63,490 bases of DNA from an uncultured Thermococci archaeon (GTDB lineage: Archaea > Methanobacteriota_B > Thermococci > Methanofastidiosales > Methanofastidiosaceae): the NCBI GenBank assembly GCA_964521515.1, contig CAZFRW010000002.1, positions 1-63,490 on the forward strand. Reading direction: 5' to 3'. The notes beneath the pieces are model-generated. The model was not told where the DNA came from, did no database searches, and worked only from the letters and a program-made list of their open reading frames with translations. A program made the translations under genes and the position numbers. Position 1 is the first letter of the stretch; each line of letters opens with the position of its first letter. Positions 40,219 to 49,235 of this stretch are shown one piece after another.

Positions 40219-41919
40219 CTATTTAGATTTTTTTCTTTTTAGGAGGAAGAAAATTGAAAATCCTAAGATCCCTAATATCCCTCCAATAATAACTGTATAC
40301 ATCACGAGTCTAGATAGAGCTTCAGCTCTGATTAACTCATTAATTTCAGTTATTTTTTCATCCATCTCCTGGATTTTAAGTGTGTCGTTCATTGCTACGT
40401 ATACATCTTTTGCACTTTGGTAATTGGATTTAGATTCTTCGTATTTCTTAATATTTTTAAAAGAAAGTGCTTGATCTTCAAATGATTTGGCCTGAAGGTA
40501 TATAGCAGAATTTGAAATAAACGTTCCAGAATTATTAACGCCCTCGGCATAAGATACAGATTGGTACAAAGTTCTTGCTTCGCTAAATTTATCTATCGCC
40601 GCTTGGTACTCTCTAGCTTCATACAGCGCTTTTCCAGAATTAAAAATAGCATTTGCTGTTTTTATTGTTTCCTCTTTTTTTTGTTGATTTGCTTGAGCAT
40701 CTGGGATCTGGATCTCTTTTAATTCTTGGTAAGTGATTACGTCTACATCTGTAGATCCTATAATTAATTCTTTCTGATTTTTATAGTCTAAATTAATTGT
40801 GAATACCTCTAGTATCGGCGAATAAGTCCTATATGTAAAAAGTCTCTTCCCCGCAGTATTAATTACATATAAACCGTCATTAGTTCCTGTTATAATCTCT
40901 ATTCCATTTTTATAATCAAGATCATCATAATAAATTAAGTTAATATTTCCATTAAATGTATTGTTAAATATTTCTTTTTCCGAATTGTATGCATAGATTG
41001 TATTCTCCTTCCCGACGATAACAAAAGAATTGTTGGAATCGTCTTTAAATGCAGTTGCTGCCTTGACATCTCCATCAAAGGGATATTCTTTCAAAGAAAA
41101 TCCATCTTTTGTAAAGATAATGAGTCTTTTGTTAACGCCTAATAATAACTCTTTGAATCCATCTCGCTCTACATCGCCAATAGAAAGTGAAGTTAGAGGA
41201 TAATCAAAATGATATCCCCACAATGGATTCATATTATAATCAAAAACTAGAATATCATTTAATCGGGTAGTTGTTATAAATTCCGAATAACCGTCTCCAT
41301 TTATGTCCTCAGCAATAAAAAATCTAAGTTGATTGCCAGCTTCCCACTTTTTTGACATCCCACTATAATAGCCTTTTAATTCAAAATCAGGAAAAAAGAA
41401 ATCTTTACTCTGGAATCTAACACACCCATCGTGATTAATTATTACCCATGCATTGTCCATAAATGTTTTATTATGGGATATGGAGATTACTTCGCCGTAA
41501 CCATCAGAATCAATGTCTTTAATAATTATCTTTTGAACTGGAGATGGCATCCAATATTCCCAAAGTTTTTCTCCGTCTGAGTTAAAAACTTCTATGCCAT
41601 TGTTGATAAGCCCAATTGCTACATCGCTTCTTCCATCACCATCTAGATCTCCTGCGGATACACTATTCACAAAATTAATAGTTTTTCTTTTCCATGTCTC
41701 TCGCCCAAATGCATCAAGAACATAAACATAATCTCCAGTTGCTGTAACAACATCAAATCTACCATCACCATCAACATCGCCTAAAGCAATTCCTTTAACT
41801 TCGTCATTAGTATGATGGCGCCATTTAATTAAGTCTTCAGAAGCAATTTGACTGAAGTTGGCAAAAATTAAAATTAATGTTAAAATTAAAACCAAACTTT
41901 TTTGCATTTCTTGCACCAT
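40219..41919 (-). CDS. Surface-anchored FG-GAP/VCBS-repeat beta-propeller protein with a TPR-like stalk and C-terminal TM anchor
   Basis: Signal peptide. Repeated Ca-binding-like loops are present: GDVDGDGRFDVV, GDLDGDGRSDVAIG, KDIDSDGYGEVI, EDINGDGYSEFI, GDVERDGFKELL. There is a C-terminal TM helix followed by KRKKSK. Confidence 0.7.
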   Translation of the reverse strand: MVQEMQKSLVLILTLILIFANFSQIASEDLIKWRHHTNDEVKGIALGDVDGDGRFDVVTATGDYVYVLDAFGRETWKRKTINFVNSVSAGDLDGDGRSDVAIGLINNGIEVFNSDGEKLWEYWMPSPVQKIIIKDIDSDGYGEVISISHNKTFMDNAWVIINHDGCVRFQSKDFFFPDFELKGYYSGMSKKWEAGNQLRFFIAEDINGDGYSEFITTTRLNDILVFDYNMNPLWGYHFDYPLTSLSIGDVERDGFKELLLGVNKRLIIFTKDGFSLKEYPFDGDVKAATAFKDDSNNSFVIVGKENTIYAYNSEKEIFNNTFNGNINLIYYDDLDYKNGIEIITGTNDGLYVINTAGKRLFTYRTYSPILEVFTINLDYKNQKELIIGSTDVDVITYQELKEIQIPDAQANQQKKEETIKTANAIFNSGKALYEAREYQAAIDKFSEARTLYQSVSYAEGVNNSGTFISNSAIYLQAKSFEDQALSFKNIKKYEESKSNYQSAKDVYVAMNDTLKIQEMDEKITEINELIRAEALSRLVMYTVIIGGILGILGFSIFFLLKRKKSK

Positions 41920-42398
41920 TATTCTAAGTCTTCATTTCTAAGGAAATCCGGCAACGGGAAATGACTCTTTGTAACTACGTGAATGCTCATTTCGCTCTTA
42001 AATATCCCAGATTGTCTCATGGACTCCATATATGTCGGGATTAAATCTGTTCTGTCTGCAGGTATTGCTACAACTAACTGGCAATCTGAATTTCCAAATC
42101 CAGAGGTTACATACAGAACTCTATCCATATTCTTTAGATAGTTAATAGCTTCATCGTTTGTGCCTTTTTGTATATTCAAGAGAAAATGAACTTGGTGGTA
42201 TCCTAATTTGTCAGGTTCTATTATGGCTGAAAATCCTTTTACCATGCCATCATCAATCATTTTGTTAATGAAGGGTGTTACTGTTTGTATTGAAAGCCCT
42301 GTTTCTTCAGCAATTTTATTCTTTTGAGGGAAACCTTTGATTGCAAGAAGAGATCTTAGAATTTTAATTCCTTTTTTGTTCATTTTCATTATTATCAC
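41919..42398 (-). CDS. Lrp/AsnC-family transcriptional regulator
   Basis: An N-terminal wHTH (ILRSLLAIKGFPQKNKIAEETGLSIQTVTPFINKMIDDGMVKGF) plus a RAM-like C-terminal domain. Its stop overlaps the downstream start (TAATG). Confidence 0.8.
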   Translation of the reverse strand: MIIMKMNKKGIKILRSLLAIKGFPQKNKIAEETGLSIQTVTPFINKMIDDGMVKGFSAIIEPDKLGYHQVHFLLNIQKGTNDEAINYLKNMDRVLYVTSGFGNSDCQLVVAIPADRTDLIPTYMESMRQSGIFKSEMSIHVVTKSHFPLPDFLRNEDLE

Positions 42399-42446
42399 TA
42401 TTTTTATAAATTCTTTAAAATATTTAAATCTTTCGGAAATTTTTTA

Positions 42447-43952
42447 TTAAATAATTTCTCTATTAATTATAAAAAGAAGATAAGATAATGAAATAATAAA
42501 TAGCAGGATAACTTCTAGGTCAACTATGCCTGTTTCAATGCCAATTATAGTATAGCTTAATACCATGCTATATAGTCCCACCAGTATACTCTTTCTTTCT
42601 CCCTTTGCACGATCTGCTGATTTATAAACATTTGATAAGAAAAATCCTAAAAAGGCCATTCCAACAATAACCCCGATTAAACCGAAGTCAATGACTAAAG
42701 GCCCAAATATTGTAGATGTTACAGAAACTGATCTTTCTCCAACAAGTACTGCTATCATCCTTCTGGGAGAGTATGCCACACCAGGCATTAATCTAGCGAG
42801 GAAAGGATGGGTTGCGATATGAATTGCTCCATTGGTCAATCCAAATGCACCCCCCATATTAGCTAGTATATCCATAACATCAGTAGTAAGACTTATTCTT
42901 GTTCTAAGTGATTCCAAGAGAGAAAGATTAACGCCTAACAGGATGTCACGTGTCATTGTTAATCCCAATAATAAAATAAGTGAGCCTGCGCCAAGTATTA
43001 TGAGTTCAGATTTCTTCCATACACCGGCCATTGATCCACAGAATAAAGAGCCTAGTAGAACAAAAATAACTTGGGTCCTGTAGCCCAATAAAGTCATCAA
43101 AAAAATTGATAGGAATGTAAAAAAAATAGAAATAAATCTCGCTTTTTTATATGGATATTTCTTAGTATGGCCAACATAAGAAATTAAGAGTATTGATCCC
43201 ATCGGAAAAAGATGGGACATCATAGTAAAGGTTGGATCTAAAGCGTTTCTTGCCTGGACATTAAATAATGGTATCCCGCCGGCTATCGCCAAGTCAAGTA
43301 TATAAAAAATAAGACCTAGTGATAAAAGAATAAAAATTAAATTATATGTGTTATCCTCTAAGTATTTTATTAATCCACCTTGATATGTTACGAATAGGTA
43401 AATTAAACTACAAAAAATGAAAGGAAACGATAATGCCCAAAATCCATTTAGCAATATAACTACACTTACCATCAAAAGAGAAACAAAAAAATCTTTATTT
43501 TCTCTTTTAGTCATTGCTATTAGGAGAAGTGGTATAAGGCTCAATTTTACATAAAATCCAAAAGATTCGATTTGTATCATGCTAAGCAAAAATAATATTG
43601 AGAAAATAATTAGAAGGGGGAAAAAATATTTTTTGTTAATCCTTCTTACATTTGGTATATTGGCCAAAGAACCAAGATAAAATGAAGCTGTTCCTAAGAT
43701 GACAACGAGAGTTCCTATTGGAGAAAGTGGATGATCAGAAAAACTGAAAAATAGTAGTATTGATGCTATTACTATTAATGGTGAGAATTTTAAGAATACA
43801 GAATTTTTAAGATAATCGTCAAATTTATCTATCTCAAAAGGAAAAGAAGGAAATTTCTCAATCGTTCTAAAGAATTTTAGAGAAGACTTATTTATTATAC
43901 TGTTTGAAAACTCTTTTTCTAAGAAAGGAAAGACATTATTTAAGTATTTCAT
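42447..43952 (-). CDS. Polytopic membrane protein, O-antigen polymerase/ligase (Wzy/WaaL)-like
   Basis: 501 aa with >=10 TM helices and a central loop-plus-helix region (TLLGYRTQVIFVLLGSLF) reminiscent of Wzy_C. This is a weak, pattern-only assignment. Confidence 0.45.
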   Translation of the reverse strand: MKYLNNVFPFLEKEFSNSIINKSSLKFFRTIEKFPSFPFEIDKFDDYLKNSVFLKFSPLIVIASILLFFSFSDHPLSPIGTLVVILGTASFYLGSLANIPNVRRINKKYFFPLLIIFSILFLLSMIQIESFGFYVKLSLIPLLLIAMTKRENKDFFVSLLMVSVVILLNGFWALSFPFIFCSLIYLFVTYQGGLIKYLEDNTYNLIFILLSLGLIFYILDLAIAGGIPLFNVQARNALDPTFTMMSHLFPMGSILLISYVGHTKKYPYKKARFISIFFTFLSIFLMTLLGYRTQVIFVLLGSLFCGSMAGVWKKSELIILGAGSLILLLGLTMTRDILLGVNLSLLESLRTRISLTTDVMDILANMGGAFGLTNGAIHIATHPFLARLMPGVAYSPRRMIAVLVGERSVSVTSTIFGPLVIDFGLIGVIVGMAFLGFFLSNVYKSADRAKGERKSILVGLYSMVLSYTIIGIETGIVDLEVILLFIISLSYLLFIINREII

Positions 43953-44762
43953 CTAAATCCTCACATGAACATCCCCAATTATTTCTTCTCCCTTATTATT
44001 TTGGATAAGAGAAATGTCATTATTTGGGATATCATCTGTAAGTACGAATGTTTTAAAATCAGGAAAATAGTATTTTGTTGGATTATATGGAGAAAGAATA
44101 GAGTTTAATTTATCAAAATCATTTGTTCCTAAACTTGTGACGGCCAAAATAATTCCATTTTCAGATGATTTGACTTCTACATCTTTTAAGTAGAAGATCT
44201 CTTTTGCTATTATATCAGATAATTCTTTCTCAAAGGTAACATTGTTAGGGAATTTACCGTCAATAACTATATCCCCTGAAATAGTTGTATCGATTATATT
44301 ATAATTATCTAAAAATTTTGAAGTGTTATCAATAATACTTCTAGCTTCGATTAAATCATTAACAAAGAAACTTTTTTGAGTATAGTTGACAGTAGAGCCA
44401 TTTAACATTGTAACTTTTATGTTATGTGCGGCTATATCTTCTTTGAATGAAGTCCTCCCCCCAACTGTCAAAACCCTTCCGTCTTTTAATTTCAATAAAA
44501 AAGTACCCTCTGATGTTCCAACGACAACACCCTCTTCACTAAAAGGCGAGTAATCGCTAATATAAGAACCGTCGACTTTTACAAGATACCTAAAACCTTT
44601 CCCATCGGACAAATCAAAAAATCGAACAGCGCTGTATATTTGTGATCCAGTATAAGTATATTCATCTATTGGTTCTTTTTCAAAATACTTGGCGGAAAAT
44701 GAGATTAATGCCGCCACCACTAATACAATTATCGCTAAATCAAAGAGATTGAATCTTCTCAT
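43953..44762 (-). CDS. N-terminally anchored extracytoplasmic protein (DUF4330-like N-terminus)
   Basis: 269 aa. MRRFNLFDLAIIVLVVAALISF resembles the DUF4330 leader. Its stop abuts the downstream start. Confidence 0.4.
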   Translation of the reverse strand: MRRFNLFDLAIIVLVVAALISFSAKYFEKEPIDEYTYTGSQIYSAVRFFDLSDGKGFRYLVKVDGSYISDYSPFSEEGVVVGTSEGTFLLKLKDGRVLTVGGRTSFKEDIAAHNIKVTMLNGSTVNYTQKSFFVNDLIEARSIIDNTSKFLDNYNIIDTTISGDIVIDGKFPNNVTFEKELSDIIAKEIFYLKDVEVKSSENGIILAVTSLGTNDFDKLNSILSPYNPTKYYFPDFKTFVLTDDIPNNDISLIQNNKGEEIIGDVHVRI

Positions 44763-44770
44763 TTAAACTC

Positions 44771-45367
44771 CTAAAAGACACCAACGATTATCGTTCTAAG
44801 AAAGTCAGATAGTAGCATGGTATCCTCAAAAGTACTGCTCTCTATAATCACAACGCCCTCGTTTAATACGACAATCTTATTTTCAGTACCACCAAGATTT
44901 GGTGTCTTCATATAGATTAATGGTTTTGTATTTGAACCAATCATTTTGATGCCCATCATATATTTGTGCCATGGTGTCAATTCTCTAGCAAGAATTATTG
45001 CTCCTTTAGTCCTACCTACACCTTCACTTATTGAAGCAACTCCCCTAACAAGATAAGAATTTTCAGGTGATGAGCCCGGCAATGCAGTGAAAAGCAAATA
45101 AATACTTTTTACTTCATCTTCTGTAAACATCCTCCGCATTACAATAAGTGGATCCCCTTCAACATAAGAAACTACTTTTACCGATTGGTCTTCATCTATA
45201 CTATAAAGTGTTGTTGAGGGGGTTCCTTTTGCATCAAATGCATGATTTCCAAGATTATTAACATAATAAAGAGAGACCATTGACACTCCGATAATCGTCA
45301 ACAAAAGAATAGTGCTAAGTGTTTTTTTTGATAAATTTAGGCCTTTCTTGCTTTTCTTTTTTGCCAT
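44771..45367 (-). CDS. N-terminally anchored hypothetical protein
   Basis: 198 aa with a Lys-rich N-terminus, one TM helix and a C-terminal hydrophobic end. No motif recognised. Confidence 0.4.
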   Translation of the reverse strand: MAKKKSKKGLNLSKKTLSTILLLTIIGVSMVSLYYVNNLGNHAFDAKGTPSTTLYSIDEDQSVKVVSYVEGDPLIVMRRMFTEDEVKSIYLLFTALPGSSPENSYLVRGVASISEGVGRTKGAIILARELTPWHKYMMGIKMIGSNTKPLIYMKTPNLGGTENKIVVLNEGVVIIESSTFEDTMLLSDFLRTIIVGVF

Positions 45368-45385
45368 GAAAATTAAATAAAAATT

Positions 45386-46537
45386 TTACTTATAAATATT
45401 GTGGGAAATTTCTCCTTTTTCTTTTAAGAAGATAGAGGATACCATTGCAATCAAACAGAGTGGCAACAACAGGTATATCATCGTGGAAAAATCAGATAGA
45501 CCATATATAATCCCACCTATTATTGGCCCAATTATATTTGATAGGTTCAAAGTCATAGTAAGTCCTGCCATCGCTTCTCCTCTCTCATCCCATGTAGAAG
45601 AATCGGCAATAATAGACGATGTCCCCATGTATATAAATGCCCATGAAAAAGCAACTAGAACCTGTAACAAAATAAATTCAATTGGCAATTTAATTATTGT
45701 AAATATAAGTAAAAATACTACAGATCCAATCATTCCGATAAAAATTATATACTTCCTCTTAATTTTATCAGATAAATGGCCAGCTAGAGACATCGTTAGT
45801 AGTTGCAGAGAATTATTAATGAAATAGATAAATCCAATAGTAAATCTCTCAAAGCCTAAAGATGCTTCAAGGTAAACTGGTAAAAATGCCCAAAGTGCCG
45901 TGGCTACCGAATGTCTGAGCAATAATGTCCTGTAGTATGGAAAGAATTTTTTAAATGTATCAAAATCAATTCCAAAATAACCCGAAGAGGTGTATTTTTC
46001 TTCAGCAAAAAATGTTGCGCTAAATCCGATTATAAGAAAAACTACAGAGAGCAGAAATGCGTTGTTATATGTATCGGAAATTATAAATCCTGTAAGAATC
46101 GAACCTATTGCCCATCCAAAAGAGCACGCCCCGCTGTATATCCCAAAATACTTGCCTCTCTTTTTTGGGTCTATTTCTGTTGCAAGAGAGTTTGTTAAAG
46201 CTGTTGTTGCACCAAAAGATACACCCATCCCCATTCTAAGAAAAAATAGAACAAGCTTATCATTTGAAAAGAAAAGCATCATTGAAAAGAAAGCTCCAAT
46301 TACAAAACCTATTCTGATTATAGGCAGTTTTTTTTGAATCTTTGCAGCCCTTCTAGCGAATAGAGGTGCAGATAGAATAGAAAAGAATGGCATTATTGCA
46401 TTTATCATGCCTATAAAGGATTTCGAAGCACCGAGAAAGTCAGCAAAGTTTGAGAGAAATAGATTACCCGCAATATAAGAGAGATTAATACAAAATCCAA
46501 TTAAAGAAAATATTATTATTTTACTTCGATTGTCCAT
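45386..46537 (-). CDS. Major facilitator superfamily transporter
   Basis: 383 aa with 12 TM helices. An MFS loop 2-3 motif-like FARRAAKIQKK and a repeat-half motif GHLSDKIKRK are present. Confidence 0.8.
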   Translation of the reverse strand: MDNRSKIIIFSLIGFCINLSYIAGNLFLSNFADFLGASKSFIGMINAIMPFFSILSAPLFARRAAKIQKKLPIIRIGFVIGAFFSMMLFFSNDKLVLFFLRMGMGVSFGATTALTNSLATEIDPKKRGKYFGIYSGACSFGWAIGSILTGFIISDTYNNAFLLSVVFLIIGFSATFFAEEKYTSSGYFGIDFDTFKKFFPYYRTLLLRHSVATALWAFLPVYLEASLGFERFTIGFIYFINNSLQLLTMSLAGHLSDKIKRKYIIFIGMIGSVVFLLIFTIIKLPIEFILLQVLVAFSWAFIYMGTSSIIADSSTWDERGEAMAGLTMTLNLSNIIGPIIGGIIYGLSDFSTMIYLLLPLCLIAMVSSIFLKEKGEISHNIYK

Positions 46538-46541
46538 TGCT

Positions 46542-46715
46542 TCACTCTATTCTGGCTTCTTCCTCAAGCATTATAGGAATACCTTCTCTAACAGGGTATC
46601 TCCTTTTACATTTCACGCACACAAGTTCTTCTTTATCCTCGAATATATCGCCTTTGCAAACGGGACATGCTAAGATATCAAGAAGCTTTTTATCTATCAT
46701 ATTTATTAAAGCCAT
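46542..46715 (-). CDS. Trm112/UPF0434-family zinc-ribbon mini-protein
   Basis: Below the ORF-track cutoff. [57 protein letters not shown] matches the Trm112 pattern (LL.IL.CP.CKG.L......L.C..C...YP...GIP.ML..EAR). It ends 4 nt before the MFS start. Confidence 0.75.
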   Translation of the reverse strand: MALINMIDKKLLDILACPVCKGDIFEDKEELVCVKCKRRYPVREGIPIMLEEEARIE

Positions 46716-46751
46716 ACAAAGATATTTAAGTATTTTTATAGACCATTTTTA

Positions 46752-47672
46752 GTGATTAATATGAAGATTCTTATCGCGTCTGATATTGCAGAAGAAGGTA
46801 TATCCAAACTCAAAAAAGAGTTTGAAGTTGATGTAAAAAAAGGTATTTCTAAAGAGGAGATTTTATCCATTATAGAAAACTATGATGGGGTAATTGTTAG
46901 AAGTAAACCCAATATAACTGAAGACATAATTAAAAAAGGCAAAAATCTAAAAGTTGTGGCTAGAGCTGGAGTAGGGCTTGACAATGTAGATGTCAATTGC
47001 TGCCAGGGATTAGGCGTAAAAGTTGTAAACTCACCGCAAGCGAGTTCTGATTCAGTAGCCGAGCTTGCTTTTGGGTTAATGTTAGCCGTTTCTAGAAATA
47101 TTGCAAGAGCAGACAGGCTAACAAGAGCAAAAAGATGGGAAAAAAAATCACTTATGGGTTACGAACTTAATGGTAAAACTTTAGGAATCGTTGGATTTGG
47201 GCGAATTGGAAGAAATATCGGCAGGATGGCTAAAGCATGCGGAATGAGCCTAATTGCTTATGATCCTCTACTAACAGATGAACAGGTTAAAAGTTGTGAC
47301 GCCGAACCAGTTACTCTCGAAAAACTAATCGAAAGAAGCGACGTTATTACACTACACGTGCCTTTGATTGACTCAACAAGACACATGATTTCAGACAAAG
47401 AATTTGAAAAAATGAAAACTAATGCAATTATAATCAATACCTCTAGAGGCGGAATAATTGACGAAGATGCTCTTTGCAGAGCCTTATCCTCTGGGAAAAT
47501 CCTAGGTGCAGGTCTTGATGTTTTTGAGGAAGAACCACCATTAAATAGCAAACTTTTAGGCTATGATAATGTAGTTCTAACTCAGCATATAGGAGCGTCA
47601 ACCCATGAAGCCCAAAAGAGGGCCGGGATTATGATCGCCGAAGAGGTCATTAAAGCTTTAAAATGTAAATAA
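46752..47672 (+). CDS. serA: D-isomer-specific 2-hydroxyacid dehydrogenase, short D-3-phosphoglycerate dehydrogenase-like
   Basis: GKTLGIVGFGRIGRNIGRMA is the NAD fold. Also HVPL...TRHMI, NTSRGGIIDE and GAGLDVFEEEP. There is no ACT domain. GTG 46752 or ATG 46761 could be the start. Confidence 0.75.
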   Translation: MINMKILIASDIAEEGISKLKKEFEVDVKKGISKEEILSIIENYDGVIVRSKPNITEDIIKKGKNLKVVARAGVGLDNVDVNCCQGLGVKVVNSPQASSDSVAELAFGLMLAVSRNIARADRLTRAKRWEKKSLMGYELNGKTLGIVGFGRIGRNIGRMAKACGMSLIAYDPLLTDEQVKSCDAEPVTLEKLIERSDVITLHVPLIDSTRHMISDKEFEKMKTNAIIINTSRGGIIDEDALCRALSSGKILGAGLDVFEEEPPLNSKLLGYDNVVLTQHIGASTHEAQKRAGIMIAEEVIKALKCK

Positions 47673-47686
47673 TTAATTTTTATATT

Positions 47687-49174
47687 TTAAATTTTTTGAC
47701 CACATTCAGGACAAAAACTACCCTCTTTTCCGATTGATGCGCCACAGTTGGGGCATTTTAATTCTTCTACTTTTTCTTTAATATCGTTTCCACAGCTTCC
47801 ACAGAATTTAGCTTCTTTTTCAATGGGCGAACCACACGATGGGCATCTGAAATCCTCTTTTATTGAAGTTTCTTTTGGTTCTTGAGAAACAGTTGATGTT
47901 TTTCCTTTTTTCATAAATACTATTGCCACTGCTGCGATTAATACTACTACTATAGGAACTAAGTAGATATATGGAAAACTAGAAGAAGTTGTAGGTGTTG
48001 TTTCTGGAGCCGATATAGGTGGTGGTTCTTCTTTAGGCGCTACAGGTGGATTGACATCTGTTGTAGGCTGTTGGGGGACTTCAGGAGGTGTTGATTCTTT
48101 CGGGGGTTGTGATGCTCCAGACCCCATATAAGAACTTAAATCATAGAAGTAAATTTTGTTATCTTTTGATCCCACTATCAATTTACCATCTGGTGTTAAG
48201 AATAATGAATTTAAAGCATTTTCATTCTCTTTACTCCACAATAAACTCCCGGAATTATCTATTAAACTAGTAACTCTATCGTTAGAATTAACGGCAATAT
48301 AATTACCATTAGGCACCATGGCTACAGAAATTGCTTTGTCGCTCAACTTTCTTTTGAATAATTGTTTGCCTGAAGAATCAAATAGGTAAATATTGCCACT
48401 AAGATCAGCAGCAAATATTTTAGAGCCGTCTTTATTAATTGAAACTAAATGTGCTGCAGCCCCAGCTGTTTTAGACCAAATTAGAGAGCCTTTATTGTCA
48501 AAAAGATAAACTTTGTTATCAAATGCTCCTGCAACAATAGATGATGCATTAGGGGTTAAAGAAATTGATTGAACATTGCCTCCGGTCTTGTACTCCCATA
48601 AGCGTTCAAGAGATTTTGAAAGTAAGAATACATTAGCATCGTTTGTTCCTGCAACTATGTAAGATCCATCAGGGGAAACTGAAGATGTAGTTAGTCTATT
48701 TCTTGAATTGTATGTGGAAACCTCTTTTCCTGCCTTATCAAAAACAAAAACACTATAATCTTTTGTTATTGCTGTTATATATGAACCGTCTTCTGTAATG
48801 TTAACCTTATTTACTTCGCCAGATGTTACTCTGTCCCAAATCTTTTCCCCAGATTTATTAAGTAGATAAACTCTTGTATCCCAAGACCCAGCCACTACAT
48901 ATTGACCATTCGCAGATATAGCTACTGATTCAACATTGCTACCAGTCTGAAATTTCCACAACTGTGTTCCATTTTTATTGAAAAGATAGGCGTAATTATC
49001 ATAGGATCCAACTGCTATGTACGCCCCATCGGATGATACCGCAATAGATGCTATATCGTCACCAGTTTCATGACTCCAAGATAATTCATCTGCAAAAACA
49101 TTCATTATTGAGATATTAAACAATATTAGGATTAAGAACAAACTAGTTTTTTTCATGAAAATACTCATTGCCAA
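47687..49174 (-). CDS. Extracellular PQQ/WD40-like beta-propeller, Pro-rich linker, TM helix, cytoplasmic double zinc ribbon
   Basis: Signal peptide. About 8 repeats of ~40 aa follow (SDGAYIAVGSYDNYAYLFNKNGTQLWKF..). A linker PPKESTPPEVPQQPTTDVNPPVAPKEEPPP and a TM helix come next, then CPSCGSPIEKEAKFCGSCG and CPNCGASIGKEGSFCPECG. Confidence 0.65.
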   Translation of the reverse strand: MAMSIFMKKTSLFLILILFNISIMNVFADELSWSHETGDDIASIAVSSDGAYIAVGSYDNYAYLFNKNGTQLWKFQTGSNVESVAISANGQYVVAGSWDTRVYLLNKSGEKIWDRVTSGEVNKVNITEDGSYITAITKDYSVFVFDKAGKEVSTYNSRNRLTTSSVSPDGSYIVAGTNDANVFLLSKSLERLWEYKTGGNVQSISLTPNASSIVAGAFDNKVYLFDNKGSLIWSKTAGAAAHLVSINKDGSKIFAADLSGNIYLFDSSGKQLFKRKLSDKAISVAMVPNGNYIAVNSNDRVTSLIDNSGSLLWSKENENALNSLFLTPDGKLIVGSKDNKIYFYDLSSYMGSGASQPPKESTPPEVPQQPTTDVNPPVAPKEEPPPISAPETTPTTSSSFPYIYLVPIVVVLIAAVAIVFMKKGKTSTVSQEPKETSIKEDFRCPSCGSPIEKEAKFCGSCGNDIKEKVEELKCPNCGASIGKEGSFCPECGQKI

Positions 49175-49235
49175 TACTATTTAAACATTATGTTTTATGC
49201 ACAGTAGATAGATTTCTTTTTATAGTGAGATAGGA

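Noticed and set aside
46537-46752. A 71-aa plus-strand ORF between the MFS gene and the serA-like gene.
   Set aside because: The opposite strand encodes a textbook Trm112-like zinc-ribbon protein, and the plus-strand translation is Ser/Leu/Ile-rich with no features.
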